Assembly (NCBI GenBank): GCA_963793255.1
Contig: CAWBZK010000005.1
Coordinates: 543-64,542 of the forward strand
DNA from: an uncultured Acidobacteriota bacterium
GTDB lineage: Bacteria; Acidobacteriota; Vicinamibacteria; Vicinamibacterales; SCN-69-37
DNA: 64,000 nucleotides
Direction of reading: 5' to 3'
Each line of letters opens with the position of its first letter. Within the stretch, counting starts at the first letter, position 1. Positions 52,624-61,949 of the stretch are shown one piece after another. The notes under the pieces are model-generated. The model searched no databases. It saw only the letters and a program-made list of their open reading frames with translations, and had not been told where the DNA came from. Made by a program: the position numbers and the translations under genes.

Positions 52624-53553
52624 GTGCGTGGACCTCACACAATCACCTGCTCGGTTGTCGCGCTGCTTCTGACGGCCCTTTCGGTCGCATCAGCACAGAA
52701 TCCGCCCGCGCCGCGCGGAGCCCCGTCGCTCGAAACCGTCCTCGAACTCGCCGCCGCGTACGTCTCCCGCTACCTCGACGTTATGTCCGGGCCTCACGGC
52801 GGAAGAGCGCTACGTGCAGGACATCGCCGGGCTGACCGCGCCGCCAACTGGAGTCGCGATCCCGCCCGAGGGCATCACCCGCCCACCCGAAGCCCCCGAA
52901 GGCAGCCGGTCCCCGAGACCATCGGCGCGGAACGCCGCGTATTGCGTGCGGACATCGTCCTCGTGAAAGTGGGTCCGCCGCTCGAATGGCGCATGTACCG
53001 CGACGTGTTCGAGGTGGACGGCCGGCCCGTGCGCGATCGCGCGGAGCGGCTCGCCGCGCTCTTTCTTGAACCGGCCGAAACCGCGCGAGCCCAGGCCGAG
53101 CGAATCGCGGAGGTCAGCGCGCGGTTCAACATCAGCAACCTGGGACGCGTCCTGAACGAACCGGGACTCCCACTCGCGTTTCTCCAGACCTCGCTGCAGC
53201 CGCGCTTCCGGTTCACGCTCGATCGCCGCGACCGCGGGACCGTCTGGACGGTGAGGTACACAGAGAACGCTCACCCTACGCTCTTCTGGCACAATCGGAC
53301 GATCGAGAACCCGAGCGCGGGCCGGTTCTGGATCGACGTCACGACCGGCGAAATCACCCGGACAGAGCACGTCGTCTCACAGGGCCTGGCAGCGACCTTC
53401 GTGACCCAGTTTCAGCACGACGACCGGTTCGGCGTGTCAGTGCCCGAGGAGATGCGCGAGCAGCTGTCCGCCGGGGCGCAGGCGGGTGCGCGCCGCGTGG
53501 CAGGAGTCGCCAGCTACTCGCGCTACCGGAAGTTCTCCGTCTCGACGAACTGA
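52624..53553 (+). CDS. hypothetical secreted protein, two compensating frameshifts
   Basis: Probable GTG start with signal peptide VRGPHTITCSVVALLLTALSVASAQ. The segment around 52790-52930 reads better in another frame (LTAEERYVQDIAGLTAPPTGV…). The remainder (…WRMYRDVFEVDGRPVRDR…RFWIDVTTGEITRTEH…) is conserved-looking, but I do not recognise it. Confidence 0.45.
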   Translation: MRGPHTITCSVVALLLTALSVASAQNPPAPRGAPSLETVLELAAAYVSRYLDVMSGPHGGRALRAGHRRADRAANWSRDPARGHHPPTRSPRRQPVPETIGAERRVLRADIVLVKVGPPLEWRMYRDVFEVDGRPVRDRAERLAALFLEPAETARAQAERIAEVSARFNISNLGRVLNEPGLPLAFLQTSLQPRFRFTLDRRDRGTVWTVRYTENAHPTLFWHNRTIENPSAGRFWIDVTTGEITRTEHVVSQGLAATFVTQFQHDDRFGVSVPEEMREQLSAGAQAGARRVAGVASYSRYRKFSVSTN

Positions 53554-53556
53554 CAC

Positions 53557-55300
53557 ATGAAACAGCTCTTCTCACTGCTGGTCACGCTTCTTCTTGCGGC
53601 ATTCGCCTTCCCGCAGGCGCAACGGACCACCAGCCCCGACATCAGGCTCGTCCTCCTCATTGCGGTCGATCAGTTCCGCTACGACTACCTGACGCGATTC
53701 CGCGGCGAGTATTCCAGCGGTTTGGCGCGCCTGTTGACCGCCGGCGCGGTCTTCACGAACGCCAATCTCGAGCACTACCCCACCGTCACGGCACCTGGCC
53801 ACGCGACGATGTTGAGCGGCGCCACGCTGTCGGTCAGTGGCATCATCGGCAACGACTGGTTCGACCGTGAATCCGGCGCAACGGTGACGAGTGTGTCCGA
53901 TCCAACCGTTTCGACGGTCGGATCCACGACGGCGGCCGCTGCGGGCTCGCCGCGTCGTCTACTGGTCAGCACGATCGGCGACGAGCTCAAGATGTCGTCG
54001 CACCAGCCCAGGGGCTCCGCCAGTGCGCCTGCGGTGTTCGGCGTCTCGCTGAAGGATCGCTCGGCGATTCTGCCGGTTGGACGCGGCGCCAATGCCGCGT
54101 ACTGGTGGGACACGAAGAGCGGCCGGTTCGTGACCAGCACGTACTACGTGCCGGCCTTGCCGGGCTGGGTCCAGACCTTCAACGATCGCCGGACGGCCGA
54201 CGCGCATGCCGGTCAATCGTGGTTCGCGCTTGCGCCACCATCTCTCGCGCTGAAGAAGTTGCCAGATGGAACGGGGCCCGGCCTTGTACAAAGCGGTGTA
54301 CGGCAGTCCCTTCGGCAACGACGAGCTGCTGGCGTTTGCGACCGAGCTGCTGCGGCACGAATCGGTCGGCACGCGCAACGCGACCGACGTGCTGTCGGTG
54401 AGCTTCTCGTCCAACGACTCTGTCGGACACACGTTCGGTCCTGACTCCCCGCAGGTCCGTGACATCGCGCTTCGGACGGATCGGACGATCGGCCAGCTTC
54501 TGGCCGAGGTCGACCGTCTGGTCGGCCTCTCACATGTGATCGTGGCCTTGACCGCCGACCACGGGGTCGCTCCACTTCCCGAGACCTTGCAACGTCAGGG
54601 ACTTCCCGCGGGACGGATGACCACGAAGGATCTCTTCGATCCCATCCAGCATGCGCTCGCCGCGCGGTACGGCGAAGGCAAATGGTTGATGGCGGGAGCC
54701 GGATCGTCGCCGTACCTCAACGACGATCTCATCGGCTCACTCAGGCTCGATCCGGCGGAGGTGCGTCGAGTGGCCGCCGCGGCCGCAGTGAAAGTGCCGC
54801 ACGTCGCGCGCGTCTACACTCGGGATCAACTGCTCACCGGTCAGGTCCCCGACGATCGCATCGGCCGTCGCGTGCTGCGAGGGTTCAACGCCCGACGCTC
54901 CGGCGATCTGGAAATCATTCTGGAACCGTACTGGATGCGCCAGGCAGAGGGCACGACGCACGGAACGCCGTACAACTACGACGCCCACATTCCGCTGATC
55001 CTGATGGGCCCACGGATTCGCGCCGGCGAGTACTCCGCGGACGTGGCCTTGAATGACCTCGCGCCCACGCTGGCGACGCTCCTTGGCGTGGAGATTCCTG
55101 CGGGCTCAGTCGGCCGGGTCCTGACCGAAGCGATTCTTCCGCGTCCAGCCAATGGCGCCGCCGGCTGCCGAGGAAAGTGGAGTAAGGCGTCTCCCCTACC
55201 GGTTCTTCAATCCCTTGATGACCAGCCGGATCGGGAAGCGGCTGAGTCCCTGATCGCCGCCGTCGACCCGCGCCCAGCGTGGCGTCTGCGACGCGACTGA
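53557..55300 (+). CDS. alkaline-phosphatase-superfamily enzyme (nucleotide pyrophosphatase/phosphodiesterase-like), one frameshift
   Basis: Signal peptide MKQLFSLLVTLLLAAFAFPQA. Motifs: VDQFRYDYL, PTVTAPGHATMLSG (nucleophile Thr context), SNDSVGHTFGP, LTADHG, DAHIPLI. Frame change near 54270. The last ~50 codons look non-coding, so the true stop may be earlier. Confidence 0.7.
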
Positions 55301-55340
55301 TGGGAGAATACGCACGGTCTTCTTTTCATTCGGGGGTTGT

Positions 55341-57329
55341 ATGAGGAAATGGCTCTGGATCGTTCTCGCCACCATCGCGATGATCCCGATGGTGCTCGCC
55401 GGCCAGATCGGCACGTTCGCACCGGACTGGACGTTCAAAGGATCGGCGCTCACGGGCACCCAGCAGATCGGGCAGGCGACGTGGAAGGCGGAGAACGGCG
55501 TCATTATCGGCACGCCGACGTCTCCTGACGGCGGATGGCTGCTGCTCCCGACCGGATATCAGGACGTGCAGGTCGGCGGGCACTTCCGGTGCGCCGGCGC
55601 ATGCAAAGTCGGCGTGATGCTCCGATCCGACAAGGCGGCCGACGGCACGAAAGGCCTCTATGCCGTGCTGGCCGGCGGTGATCGGGCCGCTCAAGCCATC
55701 GTCGTTGACGCGCAAGGTCGCATCACCGGCCCCGATCCGCTCACGCGCACGGCCGCTGGCCAGTACCGCATCGCCCCTCCCCCGCCGCCTCCGAGCGCGG
55801 CCGGCGCGCGCGGCGGTGGTGGCGGCGGCGGTGCCGCGCCTCCGGCCCAGGAGCCATTCACCTCGATGTTCCCGGCGCCGCCGTCGAACGCCTTCAAGCC
55901 GAACGACTGGAATGAATTCGAAGCGCTGATCGATGCCGACATCTTCCGCTTCGGCGTGAACTCCTACCGTCCGGCCGGCTACGTCGACGGCACGAACGGC
56001 CTGATGGTCGCGACCGACGGCAAGGGCGGCAACTTCGGTCCGGTTGCGCTCTACGTGGGCGGCACCGGCGAAGTCCGGTTCAGAAACCTGGCCATCAAGG
56101 ACTTGAACTCGCGAATCACGCCGACGGAAAAAGTCGCGCCGCGGTTCCGCGCCCAGCACATTCAGGACTACTACTACGGCTGGTCGATGGCCGCCGGCGA
56201 CTTCAATCACGACAGCGTCATGGACGTGACGATGGCCAACCGGATCTACTACGGGCCGACCTTCGAGAAGTCCAACGAGATCTATCTGGCTCAGCCGTAC
56301 AACCCGGCCAAGGAATACGGACCGGCCATGGTGAACTTCGCGGCGGACTACACGGGCGATGGATGGGACGACGTGCTCGTGGTCGAGTCGCGTCCGCCGG
56401 TGCTCTACGTGAACCCGAAGGGCGAGAGCCGGCGATGGACGAGATACCAGGTCTCCCCGCCGGTGATTTCCGAGGCTGTGGCGTTCAAGGACATCGACGG
56501 CGACGGCACGCCGAATCCGATCTTCGCCGGCAGCAACGTGGTGCAGTGGATCGCGCCGGACAAGGCGAATCCGACGGCGCCGTGGAAGATCTACGCCGTC
56601 TCGCCGCCGGGACCTCCGGGCCAGAGCATCCACGGCGTCGGCGCGGGCGACGTCAGCGGCGACGGCAAGCTCGACATCATCGTCCCGCACGGCTGGTACG
56701 AACAGCCGGCCGCCGGACCGACCACGCTGCCGTGGAAGTTTCATCAGGCGGCGTTCGGACGCATCGGCAACGCGGGCGGAGAGTTCGAGGTCTACGACGT
56801 CAACGGCGACAAGGTGAACGACATCGTCACTGCCCTCGCCGCGCACGGTTTCGGGCTCGCCTGGTATGAGCAGAAGAAAGGCGCGTCGGGCGCCGAGAGC
56901 ACGTGGGTCGAGCACATCATCATGGGCGACTACTCGCGTCAGAATCCCGGCGGCGTGACGTTCAGCGAACTGCACGCGCTGACGGCCGCCGACATGGACG
57001 GTGACGGCGTCAAGGACATCGTGACCGGCAGACGCCACTGGGCGCACGAAGAGAGCTACACCGATCCCGATCCGATGGGCCCTGCTGTGCTGTATTGGTT
57101 CCGTACGGTGCGCGACCCGAAAGCGCCCGGCGGCGCACGGTTCGTGCCTGAGCTGATTCACAACCGATCGGGCGTTGGATCGATGGTGCAGACCGCCGAT
57201 CTCAACAAGGACGGCGCGCCAGACGTCATGGTGGGATCGAACACCGGGGGCTGGATTTTCTGGAACCAGCGGCCCGCAGCCAGAGGTGGCGGCGTTCCAC
57301 CCGCGGCGCCGGCGCGGGGAAGCCAGTAG
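55341..57329 (+). CDS. secreted DUF1080 domain + FG-GAP/VCBS beta-propeller protein (paralogue 2)
   Basis: Uninterrupted 662 aa, colinear with the 50523 gene: FKGSALTGTQQIGQATWKAENGVIIG, CKVGVMLRSD, GEVRFRNLAIKDL, then DFNHDSVMDV, DYTGDGWDDV, DIDGDGTPNP, DVSGDGKLDI, DVNGDKVNDI, DMDGDGVKDI, DLNKDGAPDV. Confidence 0.8.
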   Translation: MRKWLWIVLATIAMIPMVLAGQIGTFAPDWTFKGSALTGTQQIGQATWKAENGVIIGTPTSPDGGWLLLPTGYQDVQVGGHFRCAGACKVGVMLRSDKAADGTKGLYAVLAGGDRAAQAIVVDAQGRITGPDPLTRTAAGQYRIAPPPPPPSAAGARGGGGGGGAAPPAQEPFTSMFPAPPSNAFKPNDWNEFEALIDADIFRFGVNSYRPAGYVDGTNGLMVATDGKGGNFGPVALYVGGTGEVRFRNLAIKDLNSRITPTEKVAPRFRAQHIQDYYYGWSMAAGDFNHDSVMDVTMANRIYYGPTFEKSNEIYLAQPYNPAKEYGPAMVNFAADYTGDGWDDVLVVESRPPVLYVNPKGESRRWTRYQVSPPVISEAVAFKDIDGDGTPNPIFAGSNVVQWIAPDKANPTAPWKIYAVSPPGPPGQSIHGVGAGDVSGDGKLDIIVPHGWYEQPAAGPTTLPWKFHQAAFGRIGNAGGEFEVYDVNGDKVNDIVTALAAHGFGLAWYEQKKGASGAESTWVEHIIMGDYSRQNPGGVTFSELHALTAADMDGDGVKDIVTGRRHWAHEESYTDPDPMGPAVLYWFRTVRDPKAPGGARFVPELIHNRSGVGSMVQTADLNKDGAPDVMVGSNTGGWIFWNQRPAARGGGVPPAAPARGSQ

Positions 57330-57331
57330 AG

Positions 57332-57364
57332 GAAGTTAGAAGTTAGAAGTTAGAAGTTAGAAAG
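57332..57364. repeat. tandem heptamer GAAGTTA x4 plus a partial copy
   Basis: gaagttagaagttagaagttagaagttagaaag was read directly, starting 3 nt after the stop at 57329. Confidence 0.9.
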
Positions 57365-57367
57365 CAA

Positions 57368-57430
57368 AAGGCAGAAGTTCGAAGGACCGAACGCGGCCCT
57401 TCTGACTTCTGCCTTCCGACTTCTGCCTTA
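57368..57430. terminator. hairpin with duplicated 3' arm in a convergent intergenic region
   Basis: AAGGCAGAAGTTCGAAGG (57368-57385) pairs with CCTTCTGACTTCTGCCTT (57398-57415), with two central mismatches. A second copy of GACTTCTGCCTT lies at 57418-57429, followed by CAGGCTTTTTTAAGCG. Confidence 0.5.
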
Positions 57431-57446
57431 CAGGCTTTTTTAAGCG

Positions 57447-58367
57447 CTAAGCCTTCATCGCCTTCAGCGCGGGAACGCTCTCCCTCGTCATCTCCATGTT
57501 CTGCTCGACGAAGAAGTTCTTCACGCCGCCCGTGCGTGCGGCGGCAAACGTGCCCGCCCAGTCGAGCCCGCCCTTGCCGACCGCCGCCTGCGGATAACCG
57601 CCGCCACGTCCGTTCACGACCGGCGTCCGGCCCGCCTTGATGTCGAGATCCTGAATGTGCATCGAGAAGAACCGGCCCGGGTACTTCTTGAAGTAGTCGG
57701 CCGCGACCATGCCCACGTTGTAGGTGGACATCTGGAACTGGAATCCGATCAGCTTCGGATCCGTCATCTCGATGACGTGGTCGTAGATGAACTTGCCGTC
57801 CGGCAGCTTCACGAGATCGAATGCCTCGTTGTGAGCACCGGCACGCATGCCGGCCTTGGTGATCTCGGCCGCCATCTTGTGGAACTCGCCGACGAGCTGT
57901 TTGGCCTCCTCGAGCGTCCCTGTGGGCGGCACGCCCGGCGTCGCGCTCTTGATCGTCGGCACCATGATCTGCTCGAGACCGAGGTCTTTCGACCACGCGA
58001 TCGCGCGCGACAGGTTGTCGCGGAGCTCCGTGAACATGAAGTGGCAGCTGATCGCCTTGAGCCCGTTGTCCTCGATCATCTTCCGGGTCGTCTTGGCGTC
58101 GTTCATCAGGACCTTGTATTCCGGATAGAACGTGCCGCCGAGGAAGCCGCAGAGCTCGATCTGATCGACGCCGATGCTCTTGAGCTGTTTGAGCACATCA
58201 GCGAACTTGCCTTCCGCGATCAGCGCGCGATGCGGATAGGTTTGACTGCCGATGGGAAGCCCCAGAGGGTTCGCACTCAGAGTGCCGACGTTCGCGGCCA
58301 TGAGCCCGGCCACACCGGCGCCGACCGCCGACTTCTCAAGAAACTCGCGTCTCGAAATTGCAGACAT
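57447..58367 (-). CDS. Tat-signal sugar phosphate isomerase/epimerase (xylose-isomerase-like TIM barrel)
   Basis: Uninterrupted 306 aa. Starts MSAISRREFLEKSAVGAGVAGLMAANVGTLSA. Also GAHNEAFDL, FQFQMSTYNVG and FSMHIQDLD. Confidence 0.8.
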   Translation of the reverse strand: MSAISRREFLEKSAVGAGVAGLMAANVGTLSANPLGLPIGSQTYPHRALIAEGKFADVLKQLKSIGVDQIELCGFLGGTFYPEYKVLMNDAKTTRKMIEDNGLKAISCHFMFTELRDNLSRAIAWSKDLGLEQIMVPTIKSATPGVPPTGTLEEAKQLVGEFHKMAAEITKAGMRAGAHNEAFDLVKLPDGKFIYDHVIEMTDPKLIGFQFQMSTYNVGMVAADYFKKYPGRFFSMHIQDLDIKAGRTPVVNGRGGGYPQAAVGKGGLDWAGTFAAARTGGVKNFFVEQNMEMTRESVPALKAMKA

Positions 58368-58468
58368 GCCTGTCTCCTTTGGATGCTGGATTGTAGATCA
58401 GGCGGCTGGCCGCGCTATTTCGCCGTCGGCTCTGGACTGGGCGCGATGTCGGCCTTCCGGTACCTAGT

Positions 58469-59347
58469 GTGACCAGCTCAGGTATAGCGGCTGGCGGCAC
58501 TCCTTGGCAGTCTGGCGCTCCTCGGTGCCGCCTGACACGTCACGGCCTGAACCCAGCCATCGCGCCCGGCCCGGGCCGCTATCCCATCACCGGCACCGTG
58601 GTTGCCAACCTGACGCGCGCACCGTCACGCTCGCGCACAATGCCATCAAGGACTACATGCCGGCGATGGCGATGGACTTTCAGGGCGATCGATTTGCCGC
58701 TGCTCACGCCTGGCGATCGCATCCGCGCCACGCTCGTGGTCACGGCCGAGGCGACCAGGCTCACCGACGTTGTCGTGACGGGCCGCCTGACCGCGGGCGC
58801 GTCAACGCCCGTCGTCTGGCGGCGCGGCGGGCTTTCTCGTGCCGGACGTCGAGCTGCGCAATCAGTTCGGCACGACGATCCGGCTGAGCGACTTCCGCGG
58901 TCGCGTGCTGCTCGTCACCTTTATCTACACGCGCTGTCCGCTGCCGGATTTCTGCCCACGGCTGATGCGCAATTTCCAAGAGCTGCGACGAGCGCTCGCG
59001 AGTCGTCCCGAGCTGCTGGCCAAGGTTCACCTGCTGGCGCGTCACGCATCGATCCGGAGTTCGACACGCCGGACGTGCTGCGCGCATATGGTGAAGCTCG
59101 CCTTGGCGGGAAGGACGCGTTCGACCGGCTCGATCTCGCGACCGGACGTCCGAACGACATTGCCAAGCTGGCGGCATTTTTCGGCCTTCGCTATGAGCCG
59201 GCAGCTGGCCAGATCAGCCACACGCTCGTCACCGGCATCGTCGGCACGGATGGGCGGCTCGTGAAGCGGTTTCCGGAAATGATGTGGAATCTCGATGACG
59301 CTGTCGGTATCGTGGAGCGCGAAGCCTCGCGCGGAAATCCACGCTGA
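58469..59347 (+). CDS. SCO1/SenC-family thioredoxin-fold copper chaperone with N-terminal CusF-like copper-binding domain, heavily frameshifted
   Basis: Stitched from three frames: YPITGTVVA… / RTVTLAHNAIKDYMPAMAMDFQ / LLTPGDRIRATLVV (CusF-like). Then FRGRVLLVTFIYTRCPLPDFCPRLM (CxxxC) and VSIDPEFDTPDVLRAYGE…ISHTLVTGIVGTDGRLV. At least four frame changes. The N-terminus is uncertain. Confidence 0.65.
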   Translation: MTSSGIAAGGTPWQSGAPRCRLTRHGLNPAIAPGPGRYPITGTVVANLTRAPSRSRTMPSRTTCRRWRWTFRAIDLPLLTPGDRIRATLVVTAEATRLTDVVVTGRLTAGASTPVVWRRGGLSRAGRRAAQSVRHDDPAERLPRSRAARHLYLHALSAAGFLPTADAQFPRAATSARESSRAAGQGSPAGASRIDPEFDTPDVLRAYGEARLGGKDAFDRLDLATGRPNDIAKLAAFFGLRYEPAAGQISHTLVTGIVGTDGRLVKRFPEMMWNLDDAVGIVEREASRGNPR

Positions 59348-59368
59348 ACGGTCCAGGAGCACACGCAC

Positions 59369-60804
59369 ATGGGTCAATGGAATCGTCGGACATTTCTGAA
59401 CACGAGCCTGTTCGCCGGGGCGGGCGTCCTGGGGAGCCAGATGCGCGGGCTCGGGATTCTCGCGGCGGGCCTTCAGACCGGCGCCAACTTCCCGGACGAA
59501 ATCCTGAATCCCGTCGAAGTGAGCGGCGAGGAAGCCGTTCCGATCATCGGCCGACTGCCCGGCGCGCGCCGGATGTACATGCTCCCGGCCGATCAAGGCG
59601 AGTTCCACCTCGTGGGCAGCCAGGTGATCAAGCGCATCTCCAGAAGCCAGGAGACGAGCGGCGTGGCCGGCGTCCACGAAGCGACGAGCTTCAGCGGCCG
59701 AAGCGGCGCGACGATGCCGCGTCATCGGCACCTGACCAGTCACGCCGCGCTGCTCGTGTTTGCCGGTGAGCTCGAGCTGGAGCTCGATGGCCGGCGCTGG
59801 ACGCTGATGCGCGGCGACTTCGCCAACATCCCGGCCGGAACGCCGCACGCGTGGATCGATGCGGATCGGATCGCACGCAGTTCACGCTTGTTCACGACGG
59901 GGCCGCTCGCCGGAGCGGCGATTCGTCGCGATGGGCACGCCTCACAACGGACCGACGATCCCCACAGGCGTGCCCAACGAGATTCCCGGCCGGCAAGCTC
60001 GCGCTCGGATCGTTCGCGGGTGACTTCCAGCTCGTCGCCGCGGAAGCGCCGGCCGGACCACCGGCGCGTGTGACGAACAAGGAGCTGCCGGTGACGCCGA
60101 CGCCCTACGTGATCGCGGACGGCGGCGGCGATCGCTTCGGCGGCAACGTGTTCCTCGCGCGCAATGCGAACACGAACGGACAGTTCCTGTTCATCATGAC
60201 CGAGGGCGGGCCGGGCGGCGGTGTCGGCGCGCACTTCCACGCCCGGCATTTCGAGAACTTCTACGGCTTCGACGGCGAAACGCTCGGGTGGGCGCAGGGC
60301 AAGGCCGTGGCGCTGCACACCGGCGACTATTTTCAGACTCCGCCGCGCAACCTGCACGGCTTCCGGCTGAATCAGGCGTACAACCGGTTCGCCGCGTTCC
60401 TGACGCCCGGCATCTTCGAGCCGTTCTTTGTGGCCGGCGGCGGACGTCAGGCGCGGGCGGCTGGCGCGGGCGAACGCGGCGGTGGCGCTGCCGGCGAAGG
60501 AGACGGACGCGCCGGCGGCGGAGGACGTCGTGGCGGCGGCGCGCCCGGACCCGAGATGTTCCGCTTCCTGCAGATGAGCGGGCGCGGGTCGGACGGGTAT
60601 CCGCTCGACGTGCACGGCGCGAAGCTGCCGCTGCCGCCGCAGGATCCGATCTGGACGCAGGCACAGTCCGCGGATGGCGTGCCGGAGCGCGCCGCGCTCC
60701 TCGCGCACGCGCAGTTGTTCTGCGGCGTTCCGGTCAGTCGCGAGATCACGCCCGAACTCCGGCAAGCCATGGCGCTCAAACCGCGCGCGCTGGATTTCCT
60801 GTGA
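59369..60804 (+). CDS. Tat-signal bicupin (quercetin-2,3-dioxygenase/pirin-like), frameshifted
   Basis: Starts MGQWNRRTFLNTSLFAGAGVLG. Cupin 1 reads PRHRHLTSHAALLVFAGELELELDG…IPAGTPHAW. Cupin 2 reads GAHFHARHFENFYGFDGE…TPPRNLHGF. Frame change(s) near 59860-59900. It contains a Gly/Arg-rich insert, GGGRQARAAGAGERGGGAAGEGDGRAGGGGRRGGGAPGPE. Confidence 0.6.
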
Positions 60805-61877
60805 GGGCGAGACGCCGGCTCCACCCGCTCGTGCTGGTGGGTCTCGCGCTCGGTGCGGGCCAGGTCCCGTCCGCGCAGGCGCCCGAGGTCAAACTCGAGA
60901 CGCTGACCTATGCGGTACGGGGCGGCAAAGACTTGCAGCTGGACCTCTACACGCCCGCCACCTCAGGTGCCGCGCGCCTTCCCGTCATCGTCTTCCTCCA
61001 CGGCGGCGGATGGTCGGGCGGCACGCGCACGACCGGTCCGGATTTCCGCCGCTTCTTCGCGCAGGATGGCTTCGCGATGGCGTCGCTCGAGTACCGGCTG
61101 ACGCCTGACATCACGTTCCCGTCGAATGTCGAAGACGTGAAGACGGCCGTGCGATGGCTGAAAGCCAATGCCGATACGCATGGGCTGGACGCCAGTCGGG
61201 TGTGCCTCTGGGGCACGTCGGCCGGCGGTCACCTGGCGGCCGTCGCGGCGCTGGCGCCCAAGGGCACGTTCGAGGGAGAAGACAACCTCACCCAGTCGAG
61301 TGCCGTGCAGTGTGTCCTCGATGCCTACGGTCCGACGAAGTTCGACGTGATGGACGCGCAGACGAACGACGAGCGTCCGGCCCTGCAGCCGCAGGCGCCC
61401 GCGCTCATGAACGCTCCGCCGATGCGCGGTGCGCCAGGAGGCGCGGCGGCAGGCCGCGGACGAGGCGGCGAGGCACAGCCGCACGATTCGGCGACGTCGC
61501 CGGAGTCGAGGCTGGTCGGCGCGCCGATTCAGACGGTGCCCGATCGCGTGCGCGCGGCGAGCCCGCTCACCTACGTGCGTGCGGGCGCGCCGCCGTTCCT
61601 GATCATGCACGGGCTGGCGGACAACTCGGTTCCACATGGGCAGAGCGTGCTGCTCTACGACGCCCTCGCCGCCGCGGGCAACGACGTGACGCTCCGACTC
61701 GTGGACGGGCTGCCGCATACCTTCTTCAACCGCAGCGATCTCGACGAGCTTGCCGGCCCGTTCCGGATGACCGTGCGGGACCGCGCGCGTGGCGCCGCCG
61801 AACGCCGGTCCGAAGACCGTGCAGGTGTGTTTGCAGTCGCGCGCGAGTTCTTCCGGCGACAGCTCGTTGAGCGTTGA
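60801..61877 (+). CDS. secreted alpha/beta-hydrolase (HGGG / GxSxG esterase-lipase type)
   Basis: The GTG start overlaps the bicupin stop (GTGA). Signal peptide VRARRRLHPLVLVGLALGAGQVPSAQA. Motifs: VIVFLHGGGW, GTSAGGHLA, MHGLADNSVP, GLPHTF. Uninterrupted, in the frame of ORF 60288-61877. Confidence 0.75.
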   Translation: MRARRRLHPLVLVGLALGAGQVPSAQAPEVKLETLTYAVRGGKDLQLDLYTPATSGAARLPVIVFLHGGGWSGGTRTTGPDFRRFFAQDGFAMASLEYRLTPDITFPSNVEDVKTAVRWLKANADTHGLDASRVCLWGTSAGGHLAAVAALAPKGTFEGEDNLTQSSAVQCVLDAYGPTKFDVMDAQTNDERPALQPQAPALMNAPPMRGAPGGAAAGRGRGGEAQPHDSATSPESRLVGAPIQTVPDRVRAASPLTYVRAGAPPFLIMHGLADNSVPHGQSVLLYDALAAAGNDVTLRLVDGLPHTFFNRSDLDELAGPFRMTVRDRARGAAERRSEDRAGVFAVAREFFRRQLVER

Positions 61878-61880
61878 GGC

Positions 61881-61939
61881 ACGTAGCGCGGGACTTTAGT
61901 CCCGCGTCCCCGGCGGCTGGACAAAGTCCCGCCCTACGT
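61881..61939. terminator. nested / alternative hairpin between convergent genes
   Basis: ACGTAGCGCGGGACTTT (61881-61897) can pair locally with AGTCCCGCG (61898-61906). It can also pair distally with AAAGTCCCGCCCTACGT (61923-61939). Confidence 0.5.
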
Positions 61940-61949
61940 ACGGAACCCG

